This document shows, in pieces, positions 46,349-55,590 of a DNA stretch of 64,000 bases (positions within the stretch are counted from its first letter, which is position 1; each line of letters opens with the position of its first letter). Origin of the DNA: Cyclobacteriaceae bacterium (lineage in GTDB: Bacteria; Bacteroidota; Bacteroidia; Cytophagales; Cyclobacteriaceae); assembly GCA_016787665.1 (NCBI GenBank), contig JAEUUC010000009.1, positions 131,744 through 195,743 of the forward strand. The letters run 5' to 3'. The notes under the pieces are model-generated. The model was not told the DNA's origin. It did not search any database and saw only the letters and a list, made by a program, of their open reading frames with translations. Made by a program: the position numbers and the translations under genes.

Positions 46349-47467
46349 GTGGCAGGAATTTACATTCATATCCCCTTTTGCAAACAGGCGTGCCATTATT
46401 GCGACTTTCACTTTTCTACACAAACCGATTTACGTGAGGAGATGACACGAAGTCTGCTGCACGAAATGGAATTGCAGCGCCTTTACCTAAGCGGCCACAC
46501 GGTGGATACGCTGTACTTCGGTGGCGGAACACCCTCCCTGCTACCCGTTGACCAGTTGGAGAGCCTTATGGCAAAAGCAAAAGAGTTATTTGGCATCCAT
46601 CCGGATGGCGAAATTACGCTGGAAGCCAATCCGGATGACTTAACTCCAGAAACCTTGCATAAGCTGAAGGAGGCCGGGATCAACCGGTTGAGCATCGGGG
46701 TGCAGAGTTTCGATGACGGGGTGTTGCGCTGGATGAACCGCGGACACACGTCCAGTCAAATCTTCACTTCGTACCAGGCCGCACGCGCCATCGGCTTTTC
46801 TGCCATCAGCATCGACCTGATCTACGGCATTCCGAATCAGGCAGATGGATACTGGGCCAACACGGTACGGCAGGCAATCGAACTGGAACCTGAACACATT
46901 TCGGCCTACCACCTTACCATTGAAGACCGAACTGCTTTTGGCAGCTGGAAAAAAAGGGGGAAACTGGTTGAGGCTACCGATGAGCAAGCCGCACGGGAGT
47001 TCGAGCATTTGATGGATCAACTCGAAAAGGCGGGATACGAACACTACGAGATCAGCAACTTTGCCCGAGCCGGCAGGTACGGGCTACACAACAGTAATTA
47101 TTGGAAAGGCGAACATTACCTGGGCATTGGTCCAAGCGCCCACTCCTTCAACGGGGTGAGTCGGCAATTCAACGTGGCGAACAATCACTTATATATAAAG
47201 GCCATCGGCCGGCACGAAGTGCCAGCCGAAAAAGAAATATTAACCCGCGAAAATCAGGTAAACGAGTATCTCTTCACCGGCTTGCGCACGCGGTGGGGTT
47301 GCAGTGTTCAGAAATTGAAAGAAACGTGGGGCTACGATTTACTGGCCGTGCCGTATACGCAGCAGTTATTGGAGCAGAAATTTCTGGTACTGGAAGACGA
47401 CCGCCTGGTGCTCACCCGGCTGGGAAAATTTCAGGCGGATAAAATCGCAGCCGACTTGTTTGTCTGA
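46349..47467 (+). CDS. hemW: Radical-SAM heme chaperone HemW (HemN-like, oxygen-independent coproporphyrinogen oxidase family)
   Basis: GTG at 46349 gives VAGIYIHIPFCKQACHYCDF (CxxxCxxC). Also GGGTPSLL. The ORF-track start at 46274 overlaps the divergent DUF4271 gene. Confidence 0.85.
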   Translation: MAGIYIHIPFCKQACHYCDFHFSTQTDLREEMTRSLLHEMELQRLYLSGHTVDTLYFGGGTPSLLPVDQLESLMAKAKELFGIHPDGEITLEANPDDLTPETLHKLKEAGINRLSIGVQSFDDGVLRWMNRGHTSSQIFTSYQAARAIGFSAISIDLIYGIPNQADGYWANTVRQAIELEPEHISAYHLTIEDRTAFGSWKKRGKLVEATDEQAAREFEHLMDQLEKAGYEHYEISNFARAGRYGLHNSNYWKGEHYLGIGPSAHSFNGVSRQFNVANNHLYIKAIGRHEVPAEKEILTRENQVNEYLFTGLRTRWGCSVQKLKETWGYDLLAVPYTQQLLEQKFLVLEDDRLVLTRLGKFQADKIAADLFV

Positions 47468-47504
47468 AGGCGGTCAAAAAAAATCATAATTTCGTGGCGA
47501 TTGT

Positions 47505-47870
47505 ATGACGGCCGAAGAAAAACGTGTGTACTTTTTGCTGAAAGTGGTGATTTACAATTACCACGGCATCGACCAGCGCGAGCAGCACGACCTGGAGGAA
47601 TCCTCGCGGCAGATGGATGCGCAGGCCGAGCTGGATTGGGCCACCCAGTTTGTGGCGAAGGATTACATCACGGCATTTGACCGGGCACGCGAGTACCTGA
47701 GTGTGCCGGTTGGCGACTACCCCAAACCAAAACGGCTGGAACTCATTGACATGATTTGGAAGGCCAACAACCTGAAGGGGTATGTAACCGAGATGGAGGC
47801 CACGGCCATGATGCGGCTGGCGAAGGACTGGAGTGTGGAAAAGGAAATGATGGAGTTGGTGCTCCGGTAG
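47505..47870 (+). CDS. Hypothetical helical protein (TerB-like?)
   Basis: 121 aa. MTAEEKRVYFLLKVVIYNYHGIDQREQHDLEE...ELIDMIWKANNLKGYVTEMEATAMMRLAKDW. Preferred over the overlapping minus-strand 143-aa ORF, which reads as low-complexity H/L/P-rich sequence. Confidence 0.45.
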   Translation: MTAEEKRVYFLLKVVIYNYHGIDQREQHDLEESSRQMDAQAELDWATQFVAKDYITAFDRAREYLSVPVGDYPKPKRLELIDMIWKANNLKGYVTEMEATAMMRLAKDWSVEKEMMELVLR

Positions 47871-47882
47871 AAAAAACAAGAA

Positions 47883-47909
47883 AGCCGCCCCGACTTTGTC
47901 GGGGCGGCT
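47883..47909 (-). terminator. Intrinsic terminator after the vWA gene (possibly bidirectional)
   Basis: 11-bp GC-rich stem agccgccccga (47883-47893) / tcggggcggct (47899-47909). On the minus strand it is followed by uucuuguuuuuuc. Confidence 0.6.
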
Positions 47910-47918
47910 GACCAAAGT

Positions 47919-49778
47919 CTACCTCCTGCTCACCAACAAACCCTGCGACTTCACCAAATTGATAAACTCAATGCGGTAGCCCTGTTCATCGCGGCCACGG
48001 GCGCCCCCGGCCAGTTGCGCAACCTCCTCCCACGTGTACCCCTTCACATACTCCGAGTCGCGCAACAACATGCCGAAGGCAGCCACGGCAGCCGACCAGC
48101 GAAAGTTGTCGCTGGATTTCATCAAGGGCACCTGCTCATCTACCAATGCATGCACCATAAGTTTGCTGGTGATACCGTCCGGCTTCTTGTACCGAAACTT
48201 GATCGTCATGATTTCATTTGACTCAATGATTACCACCGGCTCTTTCTTCTTGTTCGTTTGATACTTCAGCGGATCAACACCGGGAAAGTTGCTTTTCACG
48301 CCAACGGGTATCACCTCGTACAGAGCCGTCACCGTATGACCGCTACCCAACTCACCGGCATCTTTCTTGTCATTGTTGAAGTCCTCATCTTTTAACAACC
48401 GGTTTTCGTACCCAATCAACCGGTAGGCCTGCACACGGGCGGGGTTAAACTCAATCTGCAGTTTTACATCCTTGGCGATGGTGAAAAGTGTGCCGCCAAA
48501 TTCATTGACCAGTACTTTTTGGGCCTCCAGAATATTGTCGATGTACGCATAATTGCCATTGCCCTTATCGGCCAGCACTTCCATCTTGGAATCCTTGTAG
48601 TTCCCCATGCCGAAACCCAACACGGTCAGAAACACACCTTCTTCACGTTTTTCTTCGATCAGCCGCTCCATGGCTTCGTTGCTGGATTCGCCCACATTGA
48701 AGTCACCATCCGTAGCCAGAATCACCCGGTTGTTACCGCCTTCGACAAAGTTTTGTCTTGCAATTTTGTAGGCCAGCTTGATGCCCGCACCACCGGCCGT
48801 AGAGCCCCCGGCCTCCAATTGCGCCAGGCTCTCCAGAATTTTTCGTTTGTCGTCTCCGCTGGTCGAAGGCAACACGACCCCGGCCGCTCCCGCATACACG
48901 ACAATCGCCACACGATGCTGGTCGCGCAGTTGTTCTACCAACATCTTAAAGGACGACTTCAACAGCGGCAGTTTGTTAGGATCGGCCATAGAGCCCGACA
49001 CATCAATAAGAAATACAAGGTTGGACGGTGGCAGTTTGTCGGTTACTATCTTTTTGCCCTGTAACCCGATGTGTACCAGTTTGTGCTCGCGGTTCCAGGG
49101 CGCCTCCGAAATTTCGGTATAGATCGAAAACGGATCTTCGCCTTTGGGCTGCGCGTAGTCGTAATCAAAATAGTTGATCATTTCCTCAACCCGCACGGCA
49201 TCAACGGGAGGGCGCTGACCCTGGCTAATGAAACGTCTGACATTGGCATAACTCGCGGCATCGACATCAATTGAAAATGTTGAAAGCGGTTTGGTTGAGG
49301 GGTCATGAAAAATATTCTCTTCAATGCCTTCGTATTCTTCGGTGTTGTAGTCGGGCGATTGCTGATAAGCCGGAGCGTAGTATCCGCGTACGCCATTTGC
49401 CTTTTTGCTTTTGCGCGTCACCCCAGGCACGCGCCCTTGAATTCCATATCCTGTTACCACGACTTCGGTCAAGCTTTGAACATCCTGTATGAGCTGTACG
49501 TCAATGATTGATCGCGTACCAATTTCAATTTCCTGGGTGAGATAGCCGATAAACGAAATCACCAGCTTGCCGCCCGTTGTGGGTACGGTAAGCTGGTATC
49601 GGCCATCAACATCTGTAACGGCACCCGTGACTGTGCCTTTCAACAAGACGTTTACGCCAGGCAAGGGACTTCCGTCACCACCATCGGTCACCCGGCCGGT
49701 AATGGTTCGGGATGATGTGCCGGCCATCAGCGCCAAGCTGAGCAGCAGTACGAGAAGGGAAAGCGCTTTCATTTTCAT
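47919..49778 (-). CDS. von Willebrand factor type A protein (YfbK-like) with an N-terminal CarboxypepD_reg/SusC-type domain
   Basis: 619 aa. Signal MKMKALSLLVLLLSLALMAG. ITGRVTD...PLPGVNVLLKGT...EVVVTGYG module. vWA N-terminal region STFSIDVDAASYANVRRF. MIDAS motif VFLIDVSGSM. C-terminal DUF3520-like region. Confidence 0.85.
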   Translation of the reverse strand: MKMKALSLLVLLLSLALMAGTSSRTITGRVTDGGDGSPLPGVNVLLKGTVTGAVTDVDGRYQLTVPTTGGKLVISFIGYLTQEIEIGTRSIIDVQLIQDVQSLTEVVVTGYGIQGRVPGVTRKSKKANGVRGYYAPAYQQSPDYNTEEYEGIEENIFHDPSTKPLSTFSIDVDAASYANVRRFISQGQRPPVDAVRVEEMINYFDYDYAQPKGEDPFSIYTEISEAPWNREHKLVHIGLQGKKIVTDKLPPSNLVFLIDVSGSMADPNKLPLLKSSFKMLVEQLRDQHRVAIVVYAGAAGVVLPSTSGDDKRKILESLAQLEAGGSTAGGAGIKLAYKIARQNFVEGGNNRVILATDGDFNVGESSNEAMERLIEEKREEGVFLTVLGFGMGNYKDSKMEVLADKGNGNYAYIDNILEAQKVLVNEFGGTLFTIAKDVKLQIEFNPARVQAYRLIGYENRLLKDEDFNNDKKDAGELGSGHTVTALYEVIPVGVKSNFPGVDPLKYQTNKKKEPVVIIESNEIMTIKFRYKKPDGITSKLMVHALVDEQVPLMKSSDNFRWSAAVAAFGMLLRDSEYVKGYTWEEVAQLAGGARGRDEQGYRIEFINLVKSQGLLVSRR

Positions 49779-49851
49779 ATCATTTTTTGCCGGTGAGATG
49801 CTGCCGCACGTTCAATTCCATAAAAGCAATCAAAAAAAATTATCTTACCGG

Positions 49852-50406
49852 ATGATGCGCCCGCAACAAATGACCGATGAGGAGTTGGCGACCCGTTACC
49901 GGCAAGGTGGTGATCTGGCGTTGCTGGGCGAGTTGTTTCTGCGTTACCGCTCGTTGTTGTATGGTACCTGCCTGAAGTACCTGAAAGACCGGGACGAAGC
50001 GCACGATATGGTGATGCAGCTCTTTGAGAAGCTGACCCAAACCCTACGCGAGCATGCCGTGGAGCATCCGCGCAGTTGGCTGTACGTTACGGCCCGCAAC
50101 CAATGCCTGATGTGGCTGCGGGCTCAAAAAGGCCGCTTTTCAGAAAATATTGATCACACACCTGTGGAAAACGAGCTGCTGCTGCATCCGGCAGGCGAGG
50201 ACAATCAAGAGGAAAATCTTACTAAATTGGAAAGGTGTATCGAACGGCTGGTGGCCGAACAGCAGGTGTGTGTGCGGCAGTTCTATCTGCAGGAACAGTG
50301 CTACCGCGACATTGTCGTAGCTACCGGTTACACCTTGAACCAGGTCAAAAGTTACATTCAAAATGGCAAGCGAAACCTGAAGATCTGCATGGATCAACAT
50401 GAATGA
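49852..50406 (+). CDS. ECF-type RNA polymerase sigma-70 family factor
   Basis: ATG at 49852 gives MMRPQQMTDEELATRYRQGGDLALLGELFLRYRSLLYGTCLKYLKDRDEAHDMVMQLF (region 2). Region 4 is CVRQFYLQEQCYRDIVVATGYTLNQVKSYIQNGKRNL. The longer ORF-track start overlaps the vWA gene. Confidence 0.85.
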   Translation: MMRPQQMTDEELATRYRQGGDLALLGELFLRYRSLLYGTCLKYLKDRDEAHDMVMQLFEKLTQTLREHAVEHPRSWLYVTARNQCLMWLRAQKGRFSENIDHTPVENELLLHPAGEDNQEENLTKLERCIERLVAEQQVCVRQFYLQEQCYRDIVVATGYTLNQVKSYIQNGKRNLKICMDQHE

Positions 50407-51673
50407 CCTGAACCGCGATATTGACCGATACCTGAAGGATGAGATGACGCCTGCCGAACGACATGCGTTCGAAAAAAAGGCGTTGAACGATCCCTTTCTG
50501 GCCGATGCACTGGAGGGGCACGAGCCACTCAGCGCGGAGCAACGCGAGCAGGATTTGGCTTCACTGGAAAGAAGAATTCAAGCGGCCTCCGCACGGAACC
50601 GGTCAGGCTGGTTTTTTCCGCTGCGGATTGCTGCGGGTATTGCTGTTGTTATGGGGGTTTCGTGGTGGCTCTTCGTGCGCGAGGTAGAGCCCACACCCGA
50701 TCGCGCACAAGAGGTAGAGTCGGCTCAGGAAAATGCGGCCGTCACAGAAGAAACGGCCGAGCCATCTGAATCGCCCGCCATGGCCGAACGCGCTGAGCAG
50801 CCAAACGTGGTTGACACAAAACCGGCACCAGCCGGCAAAGTATCTCCGGCTACGGGGGGACCAGACCTGGCCACGAATACGGAGCCCCAGAAAGAGGATG
50901 AGACACGGGCTGGTGACGGATCTGCCGCTATCCCGCAAACCCTGAAAATTGAATCGGAGGCGGTGAATGAAGAATTGGCGAAACGCGAAGTCGAAGCAGA
51001 AACCAGATCGAAGAAAGCTAATGCGGACTTGCAGCGCACCGCCAGTCCGGTAGCCATGCAGTTGGTGTCGGGGCAGGTGCGCTCAGCCGAGGACAATTCC
51101 CCGATTCCCGGTGCGAACGTCATCATCAAGGGAACAAGCCTGGGCACCGTAACTGATGCCAATGGCAACTATCAGTTAGAGGTTCCCGTGACGCAAAATC
51201 AATTGGTGTACTCGTTCATTGGCTTCACCAGCAAAGAGGAAGCAATCAAAAACCCGACCCAAAACGATGTCACACTCGATGCCGATGTCTCCCAACTTTC
51301 TGAAGTAGTGGTAACCGGGTATGGATTTGATGACATGGGAATGCCCAAACCATCGGAGTATGTTACCACATTACCCGAGCCGGAAGGCGGCCGCAAGGCC
51401 TATCAAAAATATCTCGAAACGAATCTGCAGTATCCGCAGCAAGCGTTGGATCAAAAGATTGAGGGCCGTGTTACAATCCAATTCACCGTTACATTCGATG
51501 GGCGCCTGCAGGACTTCAACGTCATCCGCAGTCTGGGTTATGGCTGCGATGAAGAAGTCATTCGTCTGATTCGCCAGGGGCCAGCCTGGTCGCCTTCGAA
51601 GCGCAACGAAGTTGCCCGCGACAGCAAGGTGCGTGTGCGTATGCGTTTCAAATTGCCAGACAAAAAGGGGTAG
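50399..51673 (+). CDS. Anti-sigma-like membrane protein with a CarboxypepD_reg module and a TonB C-terminal domain
   Basis: 424 aa. 8-nt overlap with the sigma gene (ATGAATGA). N-terminal cytoplasmic helix region, TM helix WFFPLRIAAGIAVVMGVSWWLFV, an acidic/Pro-rich linker, SGQVRS...IPGANVIIKGT...EVVVTGYG, then a TonB-C-like PEPEGGRKAYQKYLETNLQYPQQALDQKIEGRVTIQFTV. Confidence 0.75.
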   Translation: MNDLNRDIDRYLKDEMTPAERHAFEKKALNDPFLADALEGHEPLSAEQREQDLASLERRIQAASARNRSGWFFPLRIAAGIAVVMGVSWWLFVREVEPTPDRAQEVESAQENAAVTEETAEPSESPAMAERAEQPNVVDTKPAPAGKVSPATGGPDLATNTEPQKEDETRAGDGSAAIPQTLKIESEAVNEELAKREVEAETRSKKANADLQRTASPVAMQLVSGQVRSAEDNSPIPGANVIIKGTSLGTVTDANGNYQLEVPVTQNQLVYSFIGFTSKEEAIKNPTQNDVTLDADVSQLSEVVVTGYGFDDMGMPKPSEYVTTLPEPEGGRKAYQKYLETNLQYPQQALDQKIEGRVTIQFTVTFDGRLQDFNVIRSLGYGCDEEVIRLIRQGPAWSPSKRNEVARDSKVRVRMRFKLPDKKG

Positions 51674-51688
51674 TTCTGCCAGCGGTTC

Positions 51689-51718
51689 TTGGTCAACTGA
51701 TTATTCTTTTTACTTTTA
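51689..51718 (+). promoter_or_regulatory. Candidate Bacteroidota-type promoter for the permease gene
   Basis: TTG at 51689-51691, a 19-nt spacer, then TACTTTTA at 51711-51718 (near the TAnnTTTG consensus). It lies 32 nt upstream of the ATG at 51750. Confidence 0.3.
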
Positions 51719-51749
51719 GGCACCTAACTACAACCCTGTCAGTCGTTAC

Positions 51750-53201
51750 ATGAGTCTGTTTATTAAAAAGCCCCTGGAACAGTTGATGGCACAAGCTGCC
51801 GGAGATTCTTCCAAAAGTTTAAAGCGTACACTCGGCCCCGGTAACCTGATCGCCCTGGGCATCGGTGCCATTATCGGTGCCGGCTTATTTGTTCGCACCG
51901 CTGAAGCCGCAGCCGAAGCAGCCGGCCCTGCCGTAGTGCTGTCGTTTGTGGTGGCGGCCATTGGTTGCGCCTTTGCCGGCTTATGTTATGCCGAGTTTGC
52001 CTCCATGATTCCCATCGCGGGCAGTGCCTACACCTATGCCTACGCCACGATGGGTGAATTTCTCGCGTGGATCATCGGTTGGGCGTTGGTACTTGAATAT
52101 GCGTTGGCCTCGGCAACGGTTTCCATTGCCTGGAGTGAATATCTCAACAACCTCTTGGGGGGGGCGATACCGTATCAATGGTGTCACTCCCCGTTTGAAG
52201 TTTCCGCTGAGGGGGTGAACGGCATCATCAATTTGCCGGCACTCGGCATTTTGTTTTTCCTGACGCTTCTGCTCATCAAGGGCACCCAGGAGTCGGCCAT
52301 TGTGAATGCCGTCATTGTGTTCATTAAAGTGGCTATTGTGCTCATCTTTATTGTGATCGGCTGGCAATTCATCAACCCGGTTAATCATACTCCGTTCTTC
52401 ATTCCGGAGGGAACACCCGGCCACGATTCATTCCGCGAGTGGGGTATTGGAGGCGTGTTTGGCGGAGCTGCCATCGTTTTCTTTGCCTTCATTGGTTTTG
52501 ATGCCGTTTCCACAGCCGCTCAGGAAGCCAAAAACCCCAAGCGCGATATGCCGATTGGTATTCTGGGCTCCTTGTTTTTCTGCACGATCTTATACGTTTT
52601 ATTCTCCTACGTGCTTACGGGAGTAGCCCCGTGGCAGGAGTTTGGCGTTGCCGGAAAGGAAGCATCGGTAGCTTACGCGATCCAGAACTACATGCCCGGC
52701 TATGAGTGGCTGGCCACGCTCATTACCGTGGCCATTTTAGCGGGCTTTAGTTCGGTCATTCTGGTCATGCTCATGGGGCAGTCGCGTGTGTTTTATTCCA
52801 TGTCCAATGACGGGTTGATTCCCAAAGTTTTTTCGGAGCTGCATCCGAAATTCCGCACGCCTTACAAGTCGAATATGATTTTGTTTGTCTTCGTTGGCTT
52901 GTTTTCCGGGTTCGTTCCCGGCAGCCTCGCGGGCGATCTCACCAGCTTCGGCACCCTGTTTGCGTTTGTACTGGTGTGCGCTGGTGTGTGGGTAATGCGC
53001 GTGAAAAACCCTGAGGCGAAACGCCCCTTCGCTACGCCATTAGTACCGCTGGTACCCATTTTGGGGATGTTGGTTTGCGGAGCCCTGATCCTTTCACTGG
53101 ACCCCTTCACGCAACTAGTGGCCATGGGCTGGATGTTGGCCGGCCTGGTGATCTACTTCGCCTACAGCAAGGGACACAGCTACCTGCGCAACGCCAAGTA
53201 G
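51750..53201 (+). CDS. APC-superfamily amino-acid permease (cationic amino acid transporter-like)
   Basis: 483 aa with about 12-13 TM helices. LKRTLGPGNLIALGIGAIIGAGLFV and GSAYTYAYATMGEFLAWIIGW are typical APC signatures. Confidence 0.9.
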   Translation: MSLFIKKPLEQLMAQAAGDSSKSLKRTLGPGNLIALGIGAIIGAGLFVRTAEAAAEAAGPAVVLSFVVAAIGCAFAGLCYAEFASMIPIAGSAYTYAYATMGEFLAWIIGWALVLEYALASATVSIAWSEYLNNLLGGAIPYQWCHSPFEVSAEGVNGIINLPALGILFFLTLLLIKGTQESAIVNAVIVFIKVAIVLIFIVIGWQFINPVNHTPFFIPEGTPGHDSFREWGIGGVFGGAAIVFFAFIGFDAVSTAAQEAKNPKRDMPIGILGSLFFCTILYVLFSYVLTGVAPWQEFGVAGKEASVAYAIQNYMPGYEWLATLITVAILAGFSSVILVMLMGQSRVFYSMSNDGLIPKVFSELHPKFRTPYKSNMILFVFVGLFSGFVPGSLAGDLTSFGTLFAFVLVCAGVWVMRVKNPEAKRPFATPLVPLVPILGMLVCGALILSLDPFTQLVAMGWMLAGLVIYFAYSKGHSYLRNAK

Positions 53202-53222
53202 TTCTAATCCGCAATTTTGATC

Positions 53223-53255
53223 GAAATGCCTCCTCCGGGAGGCATTTCTGTTTAT
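53223..53255 (+). terminator. Intrinsic terminator after the permease gene
   Basis: Perfect 11-bp stem gaaatgcctcc (53223-53233) / ggaggcatttc (53238-53248) with loop tccg, followed by tgtttattg. Confidence 0.6.
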
Positions 53256-53365
53256 TGTCATTTGGAGGTCTGGCATATTTTTCTAATTTGAACGCATCCG
53301 GGTAGGACCTTGCCCATCTCGACAACTTCCCGTGCCCGTCAGTTTTCACTTTACTATTTAACCAT

Positions 53366-55492
53366 ATGAAAGTATATGACGAAAAACATCTGAAGAACGT
53401 TGTGTTGCTAGGAGCCCCGAAAAGCGGCAAGACTTTGCTGGCCGAAGACATGTTGTTTGAAGCTGGCATTACGCACCGCAGGGGCAACATCGAAGCAAAA
53501 AACACGGTATCCGACTTTCACGAAATTGAGCAGGAACGCGGTAACTCCATTTTCGCCACGGTGTTGCACACCGAGTGGCACGATTACAAAATCAACATCA
53601 TTGATACGCCCGGCTTTGACGACTTCATCGGAGAAATGGTTTCTTCCATCCGGGTGGCCGACACGTGCGTACTCGTCATCAACGCGCAACATGGTGCCGA
53701 AGTAGGCACCGAATTGATTTGGGAATACGTTGAGAAATTCCGTAAACCCGTACTCTTCGCCATCAACCAGGTCGATCATCCCAAGGCCGACTTCGAACAA
53801 TCGATGGAGTCGCTGAAAAAAACCTTTGGCTCAGCCGTTACGCAAATGCAATACCCGGTTAATTCGGGCGAGGGATTCAACGCCATCATTGACTTGTTGA
53901 AGATGGTGATGTACAAATTCCCGGCTGACGGTGGCAAGCCGGAAAAACTTCCGATCCCCGAAACCGAAAAAGAAAAAGCCAATCAGCTCCACAACCAACT
54001 GGTGGAAAAAGCAGCCGAGAACGATGAGAAGCTGATGGAAAAATATTTTGAGAAAGGAACGCTTGACGAAGATGAAATGCGCGAGGGTCTCAAACTCGGC
54101 ATGATTCATCACGATGTATTTCCGGTGTTCGTCATGTCGGCCAGGAAAAACATGGGCAGTGGCCGCATGATGGGCTTTATCGACAATGTAGCGCCCTCAC
54201 CGCTGGAAGCGCAACCCGAACGCACTACGGAAGGCCAGGAGCTGAGTTTTGATCAGTCCAAACCAGCCAGCCTCTTCGTATTCAAAACTCACCTGGAGCC
54301 CAATCTCGGCAAACTGTCCTTCTTTAAGGTTATTACGGGCGAGGTAAATTCAAACGCGGAATTGATCAACAGCCAAACCGGGGCCACCGAAAAATTTCAT
54401 CAACTGTTTATCATGGATGGAAAAACGCGCAACCCGGTAGATAAACTGGTGGCAGGTGACATTGGTGCCACGTTAAAACTTAAAGACACCTACACCAACC
54501 AGACGCTGCACGCCAAGGGCTTTGATGTTACGATTAACCCAATTGAGTACCCCGAGCCGCGCATTCGTACGGCCGTGGTGGCACAAACGAAAGGTGATGA
54601 TGAAAAAATCGGAGAAGTACTGGCTAAGATACACCAGGAGGACCCGACCCTTGAAGTGGGCTATTCGCGCGAACTCAAGCAACTGATCATTGCCGGCCAG
54701 GGCGAAATGCACCTGGCGGTGTGCAAGTGGTTTTTGGAAAACATGTACAAGCTGCACGTCAATTTTGAAACCCCGCGCATCTCGTATCGCGAAACCATTC
54801 GCAAGCCGGCCTCGGCCATGTATCGGCACAAGAAGCAATCCGGTGGAGCCGGCCAGTTTGGCGAAGTACACCTGAAGGTGGAACCCTATTACGAGGGTAT
54901 GCCTGAACCCACCGAGTTCCCCATCCGGGGTAAGGAAGTGGTTGATTTGGAGTGGGGCGGAAAGCTGGTGTTTTACAACTGCATCGTGGGTGGTGTCATT
55001 GACTCGCGGTTCATTCCTTCCATTCAAAAAGGCATTATGGAAAAAATGGAGGAAGGACCCATCACCGGCTCGTACGTGCGCGATGTGCGCGTGATGGTGT
55101 ATGATGGCAAGATGCATGCGGTGGACAGCAACGACATCTCATTCAAAATTGCGGGTATGATGGCGTTCAAAGAGGCGTTTCTTCATGCTGACCCCACGCT
55201 GCTCGAACCTCTTTACGATATCGAAATTATGGTGCCCGAAGAAGTGATGGGTGAAGTGATGGGCGATTTACAAACCCGAAGGGCGCTCATCATGGGCATC
55301 GATACCAAACACAACTTCCAGGTGATTAATGCACGTGTGCCCCTGGCTGAGCTCGACCGGTATTCCACCACGCTGCGATCGCTATCGCAAGGCCGTGCGC
55401 GGTTTACCCAGAAGTTTGCCGAGTTTGCCCAGGTGCCGGGAGACATTCAGTATAAACTGGCTAAGAAAACGCAGGAGTTGGAGTTGGCTTAG
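53366..55492 (+). CDS. Elongation factor G paralog (EF-G II-like) with divergent GTPase motifs
   Basis: 708 aa with the full five-domain EF-G layout (for example IAGQGEMHLAV, SYRETI, KKQSGGAGQFG and PVLEP-like TLLEPLYDIEIMVPEEVMGEVMGDL). G1 is GAPKSGKT, G3 is DTPGFDDF and G4 is NQVD. Confidence 0.9.
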   Translation: MKVYDEKHLKNVVLLGAPKSGKTLLAEDMLFEAGITHRRGNIEAKNTVSDFHEIEQERGNSIFATVLHTEWHDYKINIIDTPGFDDFIGEMVSSIRVADTCVLVINAQHGAEVGTELIWEYVEKFRKPVLFAINQVDHPKADFEQSMESLKKTFGSAVTQMQYPVNSGEGFNAIIDLLKMVMYKFPADGGKPEKLPIPETEKEKANQLHNQLVEKAAENDEKLMEKYFEKGTLDEDEMREGLKLGMIHHDVFPVFVMSARKNMGSGRMMGFIDNVAPSPLEAQPERTTEGQELSFDQSKPASLFVFKTHLEPNLGKLSFFKVITGEVNSNAELINSQTGATEKFHQLFIMDGKTRNPVDKLVAGDIGATLKLKDTYTNQTLHAKGFDVTINPIEYPEPRIRTAVVAQTKGDDEKIGEVLAKIHQEDPTLEVGYSRELKQLIIAGQGEMHLAVCKWFLENMYKLHVNFETPRISYRETIRKPASAMYRHKKQSGGAGQFGEVHLKVEPYYEGMPEPTEFPIRGKEVVDLEWGGKLVFYNCIVGGVIDSRFIPSIQKGIMEKMEEGPITGSYVRDVRVMVYDGKMHAVDSNDISFKIAGMMAFKEAFLHADPTLLEPLYDIEIMVPEEVMGEVMGDLQTRRALIMGIDTKHNFQVINARVPLAELDRYSTTLRSLSQGRARFTQKFAEFAQVPGDIQYKLAKKTQELELA

Positions 55493-55504
55493 GTTTGTTA
55501 TTGA

Positions 55505-55566
55505 GAGGCGTCTGACGGCTCGCTAATTCCAGTAATAAGCCGTCTGACGCCTATGCCCTATTTTTG
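55505..55566 (+). terminator. Intrinsic terminator after the EF-G paralog
   Basis: 15-bp stem aggcgtctgacggct (55505-55519) / agccgtctgacgcct (55537-55551) with one central T-T mismatch and a 17-nt loop. Followed by atgccctattttt. Confidence 0.55.
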
Positions 55567-55590
55567 GATGTAGTCAATGCAGGTAATTGA

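Noticed and set aside
47484-47915. 143-aa minus-strand ORF overlapping the 121-aa plus-strand ORF
   Set aside because: His/Leu/Pro-rich sequence without structure-like periodicity, and it runs through the terminator hairpin at 47883-47909. I preferred the plus-strand ORF, although that call is itself only moderate.
49567-49851. N-terminal 95-aa extension of the sigma-factor ORF
   Set aside because: It overlaps the divergent vWA gene on the opposite strand. The sigma-70 region 2 alignment begins right after the ATG at 49852.
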